This document shows positions 1 through 13,240 of a DNA stretch of 64,000 bases, one piece after another (the stretch's first letter is position 1; every line of letters starts with the position of its first letter). The notes below the pieces were generated by a model. It made no database searches, had not been told where the DNA came from, and saw only the letters and a program-made list of their open reading frames with translations. A program made the translations under genes and the position numbers. The DNA is taken from assembly GCF_004010195.1 (NCBI RefSeq), contig NC_057712.1:39234395-39298394 (forward strand), in the 5' to 3' direction. Origin of the DNA: Chiloscyllium plagiosum. Lineage: Eukaryota.

Positions 1-340
1 GAGAGGATTTGGGCCTCCCTCTGCTGGAAATGAATGGCTACTGCAGGAATAGCAAGTGATTTTCAGGAATTGAACACGTCATGATCGAAACATTGCGTGA
101 GTAAACAGACTTGAAAAGTGTGTGCGTGCATGCACCTGTGTGCCTATGTAAGAGTGTGCGTGCCTGCATGTGTACATGTGAGGTTGGGAGTGAGGCAATT
201 CTACAACCAGTATTTCAACTAATGAAATCAGCAGAGGAACAGATCCAAGCAACACACATCCATCACAGTCTCGAAGTCCAATAAAACAAGATGTTTTCTA
301 TTTCATCAATCCAATGAAAATCTTTAAACTCATTACTTAC

Positions 341-495
341 TTGACAGCCTCTGCCACATTATTGGAAGTGTGACCAGAGAGAGCGTCATGCAGGTTACGG
401 ATGAAGTAATCCCTGTATTCTTCTGGTAGTGCCATAAAAGTCCCACCCATCACAATGAACTCAACCTTGTCCACACTGTGTCCCAACTGTTTCAA
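341..495 (-). CDS. ELP3: ELP3 coding exon 7 (155 nt; [52 protein letters not shown]); gene continues beyond the window
   Basis: ttttag acceptor, GTAAGT donor, radical-SAM MGGTF motif. Confidence 0.98.
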
Positions 496-1388
496 CTAAA
501 ATACGAGAGAAATGGAGGAAAAGTGGAGAGTAGAAATATCACATCGGCAAGCCTGAATGCAGTGACTTGTTTACATTACTGTTAATTACAGTACTAAAAC
601 TTTGCTTCACATTCACATTTCCTCTAAATATCATTTGGAACCTGCAACACTGCTCCATGACTCCTCATTGCGCCGACACAACATGCAAAATCTAGATGAC
701 ATAATTACTGCTGAGAGACCTTGACCAATTAGTTATTAGGATGTTGATTCCCCGCATGGAGAATGAAAAGCTAAGGGTCTCTGGATATGGGGTCAGCTAC
801 ACAGGACTGAAATGAAAGTTACTTCATTTGGAGGTTTATGATTATTTGTTATTCTTCGTACCAAAGGATTGTGGATACTCAATGTTGCATATGTTAGGCT
901 GAAATCAATATATTTTTAACTCAATGGCATCAAGGTTTGCAAATAAGACCATGCAGTTGAGGTCAGAAATCAATATGATCTTATTAAATAGCAAAGCAAG
1001 CTCAAGAGTCTAAGCCCTATTCCTGCCCCTATTTCCATGGTTTTTGATCAAGTCCTCCCAGTTCCTTATCCCAAAATAGGTGCTGCTGTGGGTCACCAAC
1101 ACATATCTTGTCATTTCACCAAGAATCTTTTCCACTTTATACTTTAATCATTGTTTTACATTTCCCTGTTGAAAAGCAGCCAAGATCACTAGACAGACCC
1201 TTCCAGAGAGAGATGAGACCACCAGTTCAAGAGCTGGGACCAATTAAAGCTGCTTCACTGCTTGATTTTGATATCAAACATAATTAACACACTCCAACTA
1301 TAACCACAGTCAAAGCTCTGCAAATTAACATCTCTCATATATGGAATGTCACATGAAACACAGGGTGATGGCGCCATAATTTCAAATA

Positions 1389-1804
1389 CACAGGAACCTC
1401 GATAATCCAAACGAAATGAGCGAGCACCATTTCGTTTGGATACTCGATTATTCGGTTAATCGATTAAATGCCTTTCCTCTGGGGCTCGGAGATTTTTTAA
1501 GTCTGCTCCCTGTTCAGGAGATGATGCAGCAGCACACCGCACAAGCACCCCCCCCCACCCCACCCAATCCAACACTGCTCCCACCCGCCTCCCAATCCTG
1601 ATCAACACTGCCCCCCCCCCGTCCAACACTCCCCTCCCGTCCAACAAGACTGCTGCTGCTGTCTTTTGGGGGGTGAGTCTCCAAATAGCACATACACGCA
1701 CATAACTTTTTACTGCAAAATTTTGACAGCTTCCACCTTTGCCCAGTACAGGACAATGTTGGACAGGTTATCTGGGGAAGGGAGGTTTGGGATACAGTTC
1801 TGTG
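1389..1804. mobile_element. Degenerate Tigger/pogo-like MITE with C-rich internal repeats
   Basis: TA-CACAGGAAC... and ...GTTCTGTG-TA ends; left end (CTCGATAATCC...) resembles the MITE at 2941. Confidence 0.5.
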
Positions 1805-1909
1805 TATAACTCCAAGCAAAGTATGTGGTGGAGAAAGAGAGGGAGAGAGAGATGAACGGACTTTGATCCCTCTGACAGAGGCAAATGACAAACCTTGAAC
1901 TGAACATAC

Positions 1910-1978
1910 CTGCTCCACGCGGTGTCTTGTTTGTAAGTAGGGGTCATATCTTGCACGTATGGCTCTCATAGAGGTTGG
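1910..1978 (-). CDS. ELP3: ELP3 coding exon 6 (69 nt; [23 protein letters not shown])
   Basis: aatag acceptor, GTATGT donor, phase 0/0, conserved peptide. Confidence 0.98.
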
Positions 1979-2313
1979 CTATTTTGAAGGGAAACAAAAA
2001 CAGTCCTTACAGAATATTAGATTTAGCAGACAATTCACCAGCTCGGCCCATGGTAATAATCATAAATCATTTTAGCTTTTCAGATTTTACATGCACATAA
2101 ACATTATATATTTTGAAAGAGGGAGTGTAATAGCGGCAGTGGATATGGGGGGAGGAAGGTATGCATGTAAGCCTCCTCCCTGCCGCTGTCCCCAAGTGTG
2201 TATTGCACCATCTCCACGACCTGCTCCAACTCCTACTCCTCTCCACACGCCTTCCCTAATCCGTGCATACATGCCAAACTTACTGATACCAAGTAGTTTG
2301 AAAGACACCAGGC

Positions 2314-2378
2314 GATTGTTGGTAAATTGCCTGGAGATGATTGTTGGTAAACTCCCTGGATTGTTGGTAAATTGTTGG
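2314..2378. repeat. Short tandem repeat, core GATTGTTGGTAAA x3
   Basis: Directly visible. Confidence 0.8.
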
Positions 2379-2409
2379 CCCGGAGGTGCTGGTAACACGT
2401 GTTTCTTAC

Positions 2410-2473
2410 CTCATACCCTGTGTAAGATTGAGTTGAATATTCAAAGTCTGAATCTGGACCCCCAGGGCAGTAT
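2410..2473 (-). CDS. ELP3: ELP3 coding exon 5 (64 nt; [21 protein letters not shown])
   Basis: ttccag acceptor, GTAAGA donor, highly conserved ELP3 peptide. Confidence 0.98.
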
Positions 2474-2940
2474 CTGGAATTCAAAACTAAGTTTTAGTTT
2501 TATACCCAAACCATTTTTGTCAGACAATGTGTGTGTTTAGATCTTCTTGCTCTGTATCAGCTAGCTATTTCTTCTCCTGACTTTCTGTACAATGGAAACT
2601 GATCAGTTCTATAAAATAATTGCTTTTCAATTTTTGACAAACAGTCTCAATTCCTCATTCCATGATGGTTTGGAATGAGTCATTCACATTTTGCTCCACC
2701 CCAGTCATGCAACTTATAGAATCTTAAAAATAGTACAGGACAGGAGGTTATTTGTCAATCAAGTCTACGCTAGGGCTCTCAGAGAACAATTAGAGTCATG
2801 GCTTCCCCTCTTTCCCCATTTCTTTGGGATTTTTTTTTCTTTAAGTATCTGTCCAATTTTCTTTAGAAACATGACAATTGAATGTGAACCTACTATCCTA
2901 TTAAGCAGTAAATACAAAACCTAACCATTTACTGCACACA

Positions 2941-3086
2941 CAGGGCAAACTCGATTATCCGAATGACATGGGCAGGAAGTATTTTGTTCGGGCAATTGAA
3001 TGTTCAGATAAGACAATTTACCCAAGCATCGGGACCTTGAGATCTTGTTTGGATAATCCGAAATTTGGATAATTGAGGTTGCCCTC
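2941..3086. mobile_element. Short Tigger/pogo-like MITE with about 22-bp imperfect TIRs
   Basis: CAGGGCAAACTCGATTATCCGAA versus reverse complement of the right end GAGGGCAACCTCAATTATCCAA, followed by TA. Confidence 0.7.
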
Positions 3087-3369
3087 TAAATACTTTTCTT
3101 CATGTGACCTCTGGTTCTTTTGCCAGTCACTTTAAATTAGGACCTTCTGGCTATCAATCCTTCAGTCACCAGCAACAGTGTTTAGTTATACTCTTCATTA
3201 ATTTTAACATGATTATTCAATTAATGTAACTGTAATCAGTCATCCCTGGAACATTCTGATGAATCAACTGTGCAGAAAGCATCAAAGTTAACAGATGGAT
3301 GCTCCAAGCAATTGGGAAGATAAATTCTATGATGGTTTTTAGTCAAGGGGATATTCAAGGATTCAAAGG

Positions 3370-4720
3370 CATTATGCATTTTGGCAGGAAGAAAAGAGGA
3401 GAAAGAACTACAGAAAACTACAGAAGAGGTATTTGAGAGTCTTCACCTATGATTCACAAAAAGCTTGTATTCAAGTTCAGCAGATGGAATGCTGGCCTTT
3501 ATTTCAAAGGGAATAGAGTATAAAATTAGGGAGATTTTGTTAAAACTCTATAAGACACTAGTCACACCACAGCTGGAACAGTGTACAGTTTTGGACTCCT
3601 TATCTAAGGAAAGATATGTTAGCATTGGAGACTGTCTAGAGAATGTTCATTAGTTGATACCAGGGCGTGGAGGGACTGTTTATGAGGCAGTGTTGAGTCA
3701 ATTGTGCCTGCATTTGTTGGGATATAGAAGAATGAGAGATGACTTTAATGAAACATACAACATTCTTAGAGCACTTGACAGGATAGATGCAGAAAGACCA
3801 ATTTGATTAGTGTAAGAGAATTTTTATGGGAGAATCAAGGACCAGCAGGTATAATCTTAGAACAAAGGGTCACACATTTAGGACAGAGACTAGGAAGAAT
3901 TTCTTTTCTCAGAGGGCTGCGAATTTGTGGTGTGCTTTACCCCAGAGGGCTATTGAGGCTGGGGTATTTATTCAGTATAATCAAGGCTGAGATAGACAGA
4001 TTTTTAATCAGTAAAGGAATCAGGGGTTATGGGGAGGAGGCAGGTAAGCAGAGTTAAGGTTTATCAGGTCAGTCACAATTTTATTGAATGGTGGAGCAGA
4101 CTGGATGGCTAAAGGTCTACATCTGCTTCTATATCTTACAGGAACGACATGAGTTAGGACATCTTGGTAGAACTGTATAGAGCTTTTGTGATGCACCCAG
4201 ATTACTGCATACAGGTTTTGGTATTCATGTTTAACAATGAATGTACTTGCCTTAGAAGGGGTAGAGCGAGGTTCACGAGAATGATTCTTAGAATGAGCAC
4301 AGAACAGAATGAGTGTATAGTTTCTGGACTTCAGCTGAATGAGAAGTCATCAGATTGAATCATACAATTCTGAGGAAGGTTTGACAGTGTAGAGGGGCTG
4401 TGCAGGGAATGATTCCCCTGTCAAGTTATCAGTTAGGCAATGTAATACTAAGTTGGTCATTCAGTGCTGAGATGAGGAGAAATTTCTTCACATAAGGATT
4501 TACTGACATGGACATGATAGACCAAAGGACTACAACATTGACTGTGGAATTGTGGATCTTTGGAATTAATATATCAAGTAAGCTGTGGGATCCAGTGAGT
4601 GAATGCATTCAAAGATTTTTTTTTGGATTCCAACATCAAGTGAGGAATATGGAGCTAGGGCACAAAAATTAATTCAGGTCAAAGATCAGCTATGAACGTA
4701 CAGAAAGGCGGAACCTGTCA
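3370..4720 (+). mobile_element. Old degenerate CR1 LINE 3' fragments (at least two)
   Basis: GMLAFISKGIEYK...LYKTLVTPQLE and KAEIDRFLISKGIRGYG CR1 ORF2 C-terminal peptides. Confidence 0.8.
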
Positions 4721-6074
4721 TTTGTCTGCCCATTTTACCATCCTGTCTATGTCCTCTTGAAATCTATTACTTTCCTCATTGAATTGTGCCATCTATACAT
4801 TTTGAAATTATGCCTGCAAAACTAAGCCCAAGCGATTAGTGTATTTCAGAATTTCCAGTGGCCTGGAGGGTTTTTTATTTATTTATTTATATAATATATA
4901 AATGAAAAATAACTCCTATATATATATATAAAATAATTCTCTCCAGTCTGGCGATTAAAGTCCAATTTATTATGTTTTTAATTGCTGAGGCAATTTTGTA
5001 TACATACTGGTGACAAGTAAATAGGTGTACTTTACTAAAATCATTTTGAACATCACATACTCAACAGCTGTGGTATCAGCTATCCTCCATGTTTGCTGTA
5101 AAATACATGAATCAAGTTAGTCAAGTATGGTTTGCTCCATGTTGCCTTTCCTTTGATTACTCCATTTTTAAAGGTAGCTATTTAAACAAAACAAAATCAA
5201 TGCTTTGCCACTACTATTATTAAAATGACTGGCATCTAATTGCCGGGTTTACTCTTCTCCTCACATTCAAGCAAGGGCAATATTTCTAATCCTCCAATAT
5301 ATTCTGGCACTGCTCGTTATCTAAAGAGGGATAAAAGAAGGTCTGCACATGGAAAATTTCTACCCTGACTGCCTGTGACTTAACCTCAACGCTAACACTT
5401 CTAGAACAAGACTAACACTTGCAACAACCATCTTCATTTCCAATTTAACACTGAATTAAATGCCAACATAACTTAGACAATGGCAGGAGAGCAAGGTAGC
5501 TGGCCACTGAATGGACTACCTTGCAGAGATGGTTCTCATACAATGAAGACAGATGATTATGAAACAGTTAATGAGCAATCTTCAAAAGTAAGGAATGGAG
5601 GGGTTAGGGTTTGGTATTACCTGCAAGGATATGTATCCAGGCATCACACTCCTGTCTCTGAATGATCAGTTGCTGAGTAGAGACATTTGTGGCTGCAGGA
5701 TAGGGGTCTCTTTGAAAGAATGGGTTTGGGAAAGTAATCGAGGAAAGGGTCATGGGCTATGGGCAGATGATATATTAACAAAGGAGATGGCAGTGCAGCA
5801 GGCTACACAGACGGCCTGGATTTGGCTGGCAAATAAATTTAAGTGATTCAGAAACACATGGTCTGGGAGTTGGTAATGTGAAGAGATGGTTCAATGTAGT
5901 TGAAGCAGTGTCCCCAGTGTGAAGTGAAACTTTATGAACTTGCTTATTTCAGCAACAAATAGCAGCGTGTAATCTTTCCGCTACTTCTATGGTCATTACC
6001 ATCAATACGTTCGTTGTAATTTTTGCAAACAAACAAATTCCTGGAACCAAAGGACAGGCACTTCAGTGAAGATT

Positions 6075-6840
6075 GTAAATTTGCTCGCTGAGCTGGTCGA
6101 TTTGTTCTCAGACGTTTCGTCACTATGCTAGGTAACATCATCAATAAACCTCCGATGAAGCACTGGTGTTCTGTCCCAATTGCTATTTATGTGTCTTGGG
6201 TCTGTTGTGGTGGGTGACATCACTTCCGGTTCTTTTTCTGAGAGATTGGTAAACGGGATCCAAATCAATGTTTGTTAATTGAGTTCTGGCCTCTAGGAAT
6301 TCCTGGGCATGTCTTTGTTCAGCCTGCCCCAGGATGGATTAATTGTCCCAGTTAAACTGGTGTCCCTCTTTGTCTGTGTGTATGGATACTAGCAATACTT
6401 GGTCATGTCTTTTGGTGGTGAGTTAGTGCTCATGTATCCTGGTGGCTAGTTTCCTGCCTGGCTGTCCAATGCAATGTTTGTTGCAGTTCTTGTCGGGTAT
6501 TTTGTATATGACGCTCGTTCTGCTGGTTGTTGGTATGGGGTCCTTTAAATTCATCAGGAGCTGTTTCAGTATGGTGGTAGGTTTGTGGGCTTCCATGATG
6601 CCTTGGGGCCGAATAGTCTGGTTGTCATCTCAGAGATATCTTTAAAGCATGGTAAGGTGGCTAGAATCTCTGGGCATGTTCAGTCGTCTTGTTTAGGTCT
6701 GCTGTTTAGGAATTGGCAGACTGCCAATGGAGTTGGTGCTGTCAGGTGTTTGTGTCCTCAGCTCATCGAGTGGTAAGGCCAGTTTTTCTTTGGCTAGGGC
6801 GACATTTATTGATGTGCACATGGCCATCATGTCGAAGTAA
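6075..6840 (-). mobile_element. Penelope-like element, left inverted arm (3' end, GIY-YIG region and an RT piece)
   Basis: Reverse complement closely matches 12040-12600; FDMMAMCTSIN is a decayed FDVxxLFTSI RT motif. Confidence 0.85.
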
Positions 6841-7225
6841 ATAGAGTCACAGAGATGTATAGCATGGAAACAGACCCTTCGGTCCAACCTGTCCATGCCG
6901 ACCAGATATCCCAACCCAATCTAGTCTCAACTGCCAGCACCCTGCCCATATCCCTCCAAACCCTTCCTATTCATATACCCATCCAGATGCCTCTTAAATG
7001 TTGCAATTGTACCAGACTGCACCACATCCTCTGGCAGCTCATTCCATGCACGTACCACCCTCTGCGTGAAAAGGTTACCCCTTAGGTCTCTTTTATATCT
7101 TTCCCCACTCACCCTAAACCTATGCCCTCTAGTTCTGGACTCCCCGACCCCAGGGAAAATACTTTGCCTATTTATCCTATCCATGTCCCTCATAATTTTG
7201 TAAACCTCTATAAGGTCACCCCTCA

Positions 7226-7318
7226 NNNNNNNNNNNNNNNNNNNNNNNNNNNNNNNNNNNNNNNNNNNNNNNNNNNNNNNNNNNNNNNNNNNNNNNNNNN
7301 NNNNNNNNNNNNNNNNNN
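7226..7318. other. Assembly gap (N run)
   Basis: N run. Confidence 1.
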
Positions 7319-8007
7319 CACTCCCTAGGACCTTATCATTAAGTGTATAAGTCCTGCTAAGATTTGCTTTCCTAAAATGCAGCACCTCGCATTTATCTGA
7401 ATTAAACTCCATCTGCCACTTCTCAGCCCATTGGCCCATCTGGTCAAGATCCTGTTGTAATCTGAGGTAACCCTCCTCACTGTCCACTACACCTCCAATA
7501 TTGGTGTCACCTGCAAACTTACTAACTGTACTTCTTGGCTCGCATCAAAATCATTTATGTAAATGACAAAAAGTAAAGGATCCAGCACTGATCCTTGTGG
7601 CACTCTACTGGTCACAGGCCTCCAGTCTGAAAAGCAACCTTCCACCACCACCCTCTGTCTTCTATCTTTGAGCCAGTTCTGTATCCAAATAGCTAGTTCT
7701 CCCTGTATTCCATGAGATCTAACCTTTCTAATCAGTCTCCCATGGGGAACCTTGTCAAAAGCCCTGCTGAAGTCCACATAGATCACGTCTACTGCTCTGC
7801 CTTTATCAATCCTCTGTTACTTCTTCAAAATACTCAATCAAGTTTGTGAGACATGATTTGCCATGTTGACTATCCCTAATCAGTCCTTGCCTTTCCAAAT
7901 ACATATACATCCTGTCCCTCAGGAATCCCTCCGACAACTTGCCCACCACTGAGGTCAGGCTCACTGGTCTATATTTCCCTGGCTTGTTCTTACCACCTTT
8001 CTTAAAT

Positions 8008-8192
8008 TAGATTAGATTAGATTACTTACAGTGTGGAAACAGGCCCTTCGGCCCAACAAGTCCACACCGACCCGCCGAAGCGCAACCCACCCATACCCTA
8101 CATTTACCCCTTTAACCTAACACTATGGGCAATTTAGCATGGCCAATTCACCTGACCCGCACATCTTTGGACTGTGGGAGGAAACCGGAGCA
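8008..8192 (-). mobile_element. 5'-truncated HE1-like SINE with (TCTAA)n tail inside the CR1
   Basis: 11-bp TSD CTTTCTTAAAT at 7997-8007 and 8193-8203. Confidence 0.9.
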
Positions 8193-9551
8193 CTTTCTTA
8201 AATAGTGGCACCACTTTAGCCAACCTCCAGTCTCCCGGCACCTCACCAGTGATTATCGATGATACAAATATCTCAGTAAGGGGCCCCGCAATCACTTCCC
8301 TGGCTTCCCACAGAGTTCTAGAGTACACCTGATCAGGTCCTGGGGATTTATCCACTTTTATGCGTTTCAAGACATCCAGCACTTCCTCCTCTGTAATATG
8401 GACATTTGTCAAGATGTCACCATCTATTTCCCTGCCATGTCTTTCCCACAGTAAATACTAATGCGAAATAGTCGTTTAGTATCTCCCCCATCTTTTGCGC
8501 CTTGACACAAAGGCCGCCTTGCTGACCTTTGAGGGGCCCTATTGTCTCCCTAGTTACCCTTTTGTCCTTAATGTATTTGTAAAAACTCTTTGGACTCTCC
8601 TTAACTCTATCTGCCAAAGCTATCTCATGTCCCCTTTTTGCCCTCCTGATTTCCCTCTTAAGTATACTCCTACTGCCTTTATACTCTAAGGATTCACTTG
8701 ATCTATCTTGTCTACACTTAACATATGCTTCCATGCTTCCTTTTTCTCTTAATCATAACCTCAATTTTTCTAGTCAATGCTCCCCCACCGACACCTCAGT
8801 CACCTGCCCTGCCTTATTTCCCAAGAGTAGGTCAAATTTTGCATCTTCTTTAGTAGATACATCCACATACTGAATCAGAAAATTTTCTTGTACATACTTA
8901 ACAAATTCCTCTCCATCTAAACCCTTAACACTATGGTAGTCCGTCTATGTTTCGAAAGTTAAAATCCCGTACCATAACCACCCTATTATTCTTATGATAT
9001 CTGAGATCATCCTACAAATCTGTTTCTCAATTTCCTACTGACTATTATGGAGTTGATAATACAATCCCAATAAGGTGATCATCGCTTTCTTATTTCTTAG
9101 TTCAATCCAAATAACCTCCTTGGATGTATTTCTGGGAATATCCTCCCTTAGTACAGCTGTATTGCTACCCCTTATCAAAAACATCACTCTCGCTCCTCTC
9201 TTGCCTCCCTTTCTGACCTTCCTGCAGCATTTGTATCCTGGAACATTAAGCTGCCAATTCTGCCCATCCGTGGGCCACGATTCTGTAATTGCTATGATAT
9301 CCCAGTCCCATGTTTGTAACAATGCCCTGAGTTCATCTTCCTTCCCTGTTAGGCCTCTTACGTTGAAATAAATGCAGTTTAATTTGTCAGTCCTACCTTA
9401 TTCTCCTGCTTGCTCTGACTGTTTGACTCGCTTCTTTTCTCAACTGTACCAGTCTCAGATTGATCTCTTTCCTCATAATCTCCCTGGTTCCCATTCACCT
9501 TACTAGTTTAAATCCTCCTGAGCAGCTCTAGCAGATCTCCCTGCCAGTATA

Positions 9552-9859
9552 TTAGATTAGATTACTTACAGTGTGGAAACAGGCCCGTCGGCCCAACAAG
9601 TCCACACCGACCCGCCGAAGCGCAACCCACCCAGACCCATTCCCCTACATTTATCCCTTCACCTAACACTACGGGCAATTTAGAATGGCCAATTCACCTA
9701 ACCTGCACATTGTTGGAAACCGGAGCACCCGGAGGAAACCCACGCAGACACGGGGAGAATGTGCAAACTCCACAGTCAGTCGCCGGAGGCGGGAATTGAA
9801 CCCGGGTCTCTGGCGCTGTGAGGCAGCAGTGCTAATCACTGTGCCACCGTGCCGCCCAC
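9552..9859 (-). mobile_element. HE1-like tRNA-derived V-SINE with intact head, inside the CR1
   Basis: Pol III A box (TGGCACAGTG) and B box (GGTTCAATTCC), V-domain TGGAGTTTGCACATTCTCCCCGTGTCTGCGTGGGTTTCC, (TCTAA)n tail. Confidence 0.9.
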
Positions 9860-11054
9860 TATTTTAGCCCTCTTCAAATTCAAGTGCAATCCGTCCTTCT
9901 CGTACAGGTCACTTCTACCCCAGAAGAGATTCCAATGATCCAAAAATGTGAATCCTTCTCCCACACACCAGCTCCTCAGCCAAGCACTCATTCTCTATCC
10001 TCCTATTCCTTCCCTCACTAGCTCAAAGCACTGGGAGTAATCCAGATATTACTACTCTCCTTTTTAAATTCCTGCCTAACTCTGTAATCTCCCTCAGAAT
10101 CTCATCCTTTCCCCTTCGTATGCCGTTAGTTCCAAGGTGTACAATGACCTCCTGCTGGGCCCTCTCCCCCCGGAGAACATTCTGCAACCTCTCAGAGACA
10201 TCCTTGATCCTGGCACCAGGGAGGCAACACACCATTCTGATTTTTCACTGCTGTCCACAGAAACATTTGTCTGTGCCTTGGACTCCAGAGCCCTCGAACA
10301 CAATTGATCTTTTGGAATCCAACGTACCCCTCATTACATTAGATCCAGTCTCGATACCAGAAACTTGGCTATTTGTGCTACATTCCCCTGAGAATCCATT
10401 ACCCCAACATTTTCCAAAACAGCATACTTGTTTGAAATGGGGTAGCCATAGAAGACTCATGTACTACCTGCCTACTCATCTTACCCTTCCTGGAGTTAAC
10501 CCATCTACCTGACTGTATCTGCAGTTTTCTCCCTTCTTATAATTGCCATCCATCATACCCCCTTGCTTTTGTAAATTCCTCATTGCCTCTAACTGTCTCT
10601 CCAACTGATCCATCCAATATGATAAGATTTGCAACCAATGGCATTTATTGCAGATACAATCCTCAGTCACCTGTAAACTCTTCCTAAACTCCCACATCCG
10701 ACAAGAAGAGCATATCACTCTACGAAAGGCCACTTTTGCTTCTTTCAATCTTAGACTCAGAAAATAGCACTATCTTATTCCTCTCCAAAACATTGCTCCA
10801 GACTAACTTAATACTTATGGCATATATTTTCAAGTTTAATCAAGAGACATATCTTAATAAAACATATAATCAAGAAAGAACCCACTCTATTCACTATTGC
10901 AGATTTATAGTAAGGCCACACTTAAAACTATTCCCTTATCTGTTTCTGTGCTGGGACCTCTCCCAAACAGGTTCCTCCAAGATCAGTTGTGAATTTCACT
11001 GTTTGTTACTTTTCCCAGATGCACTCCAATGTTCAGCGATACATGAATTCAAAA

Positions 11055-11340
11055 ATCTTGTCGTCCTTTACCTTGGTGTCTTTGATGATGTTAAGGAATT
11101 CCTGGGTGGAGTGGATGGAGTGGCTCGAGTGTTCTGTTATGTGTTTTAGTTAATGCTGCAGTTCCTTTGCTAGTCTGTATGTCAGTGTGCCGGGAAGTGA
11201 GACTATGGGTTTGGGCGGGGGGACCTAGTTTATATACCTTTGGTAATACATAGAAATGGGATATGTTGGATTCTTCAGGTTTCATTCTTTGGAGGTCTAT
11301 CTTGTTAATTTTACCTGGCTTGTGAAGTTTCCTCAAGAAA
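11055..11340 (-). mobile_element. Penelope-like RT fragment continuing the left arm on the far side of the CR1
   Basis: FYVLPKVYK and HSTQEFLNIIKDTKVKDDKI, which lead into the FD motif at about 6838. Confidence 0.8.
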
Positions 11341-12640
11341 CACAAGGCTCAAGGCCAGACAAACCAAAGATACAAACACCTGACAGCACCAACTCCACCA
11401 GCAAGGACAACAGCCTCAAACTAGTAGACCTGTGCCTCACAAACCACTTCACCTTCAACAACAAGATCTACAAATAAATCAACGGGATGCCTATGGGATC
11501 ACCAATATCAGGACTCTCAGCAGAGGCAGTTATTCAGAAGTTAGAATGAACAGCCCTTCCCACAATCCAGTGCAAACTTTGGGTCCACTATGTGGATGAC
11601 ACCATTGTCATCATGAAATGCAACAAATTAGAAGAAACCCACAAACATATAAACAACATTCTTACTGATATAAAGTTCATCAAGAGGAAGAGAACAATAA
11701 CAGATAACCCCTTCCTGAATTCACAGTAGAACGACAAGACAATGGAGAGGTGCAGACCAGCGTCTACAGGAAAGTCACACAAACTGACCAGAATCTCAAT
11801 GACAGGAGCAATCATCCCAACAACCACAAACGGAGCTGCATCAGGACATTATTTAAATGAGTCATAACACACTGCAGAACCCAGGAACTAAGAGAAGCCA
11901 AGGAAAACCACGCATACAAAGCATTAGGAACAATGGGTATCCGATAAGTGCAGTCCACTGATTCCGACACAACAGACCTAAACAAGAAGACACAACACGC
12001 CCAGAGACTCTAGCCACCCTGCCACACATTAAAGACACCTCGGAGATGACGACCAGACTATTTTGGCCCCTAGGCATCATGGTAGCCCACAAACCTACCA
12101 CCACACTGAAGCAGCTCCTGATGAATTTAAAGGACCAAGTACCAACAACTAGAAGAACAAGCGTCATATACAAAATACTCTACAAGGACTGCAACAAACA
12201 TTATACTGGACAGCCAGGCAGGAAACTAGCCACCAGGATACATGAGCACTAACTAGCCACCAAAAGACATGACCAAGTATTGCTAGTATCCATACACACA
12301 GACAAAGAGGGACACCAGTTTAACTGGGACAATTAATCCATCCTGGGGCAGGCTGAACAAAGACATGCCCGGGAAGTCCTAGAGGCCAGAGCTCAATTAA
12401 CAAACATTGATTTGGATCCCATTTACCAACCTCTCAGAAAAAGAACCGGAAGTGATGTCACCCACCACAACAGACCCAAGACACATAAATAGTAATTGGG
12501 ACAGAACCCAGTGCTTCATCGGAGGTTTATTGATGAAGTTACCTAGCATAGTGACGAAAAGTCTGAGAACAAATCGACCAGCTCAGCGAGCAAGCTTACA
12601 ACTGATCCACAATCTGAGCTACAAGTCTTCTCCAAAAATC
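11341..12640 (+). mobile_element. Penelope-like element, right arm (RT YVDD region, GIY-YIG endonuclease, 3' end)
   Basis: GMPMGSPISG, YVDDTIV and SVIYKILYKDCNKHYTGQPGRKLATRIHEH (GIY-YIG). Confidence 0.9.
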
Positions 12641-13144
12641 ACAAACTTCATTGAAACTCTGCAACACCAATACCTTCAACAAGGCTGGTGTTGCTGGTTT
12701 TCTCTTAATAAAGTACTCCACTGGCCAAACAGAGTGAAAGGAAAACAATAAAACCTGCTCAGGCCCTGCAGAACCTTTGTCCATCAGTTGATGCAGATCA
12801 TCATTGATGGTATATTTTTGCTTCCTGGACCACTGGAATTACCACTATTGTTAAGGTAATGCTAAAGCCACAGCAACTTTGTACAAGACTAGAGAGTGCC
12901 CTGTTTTCATTACTCCACTATGGGGAATCTGGATGCAAAGACGAATGTGCTTTGAATAGTGAAAGAACAGGAGCATTTAGGAACAAACTTCCCCCAGTCA
13001 TCCACTGTGCTTTCAAACACTGAATTGATAAACCGTGTTGCTTCTAGTAACTGAATTAAGAGCTGAACAGCAAATAAACTAAAGTTACTTAAAAAAAAAT
13101 CAGAGCAAATGTGAGGGAGCTTCAAATTCAGAGGACAAAACTTA

Positions 13145-13240
<96 letters not shown>

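Larger units (their letters stand above)
6843..11054 (-). mobile_element. Near full-length CR1 LINE (ORF1 Cys-rich/esterase; ORF2 endonuclease-RT; frameshifted), inserted into the Penelope element
   Basis: ORF1 ICSSCRMWE...CICNKC and VCCLPGARIKDVSERL...VHLGTN; ORF2 [34 protein letters not shown]; gactct-type tail at 6843. Contains N gap 7226-7318. Confidence 0.93.

Noticed and set aside
1416-2540. Pro/Gly-rich ORFs around ELP3 exons 5-6
   Set aside because: Produced by low-complexity C/G tracts and read-through from real exons into introns.
9740-9859. tRNA-like A/B boxes here and at about 19020, 23450 and 63780
   Set aside because: SINE heads followed by the V domain and a LINE-like tail, not tRNA genes.
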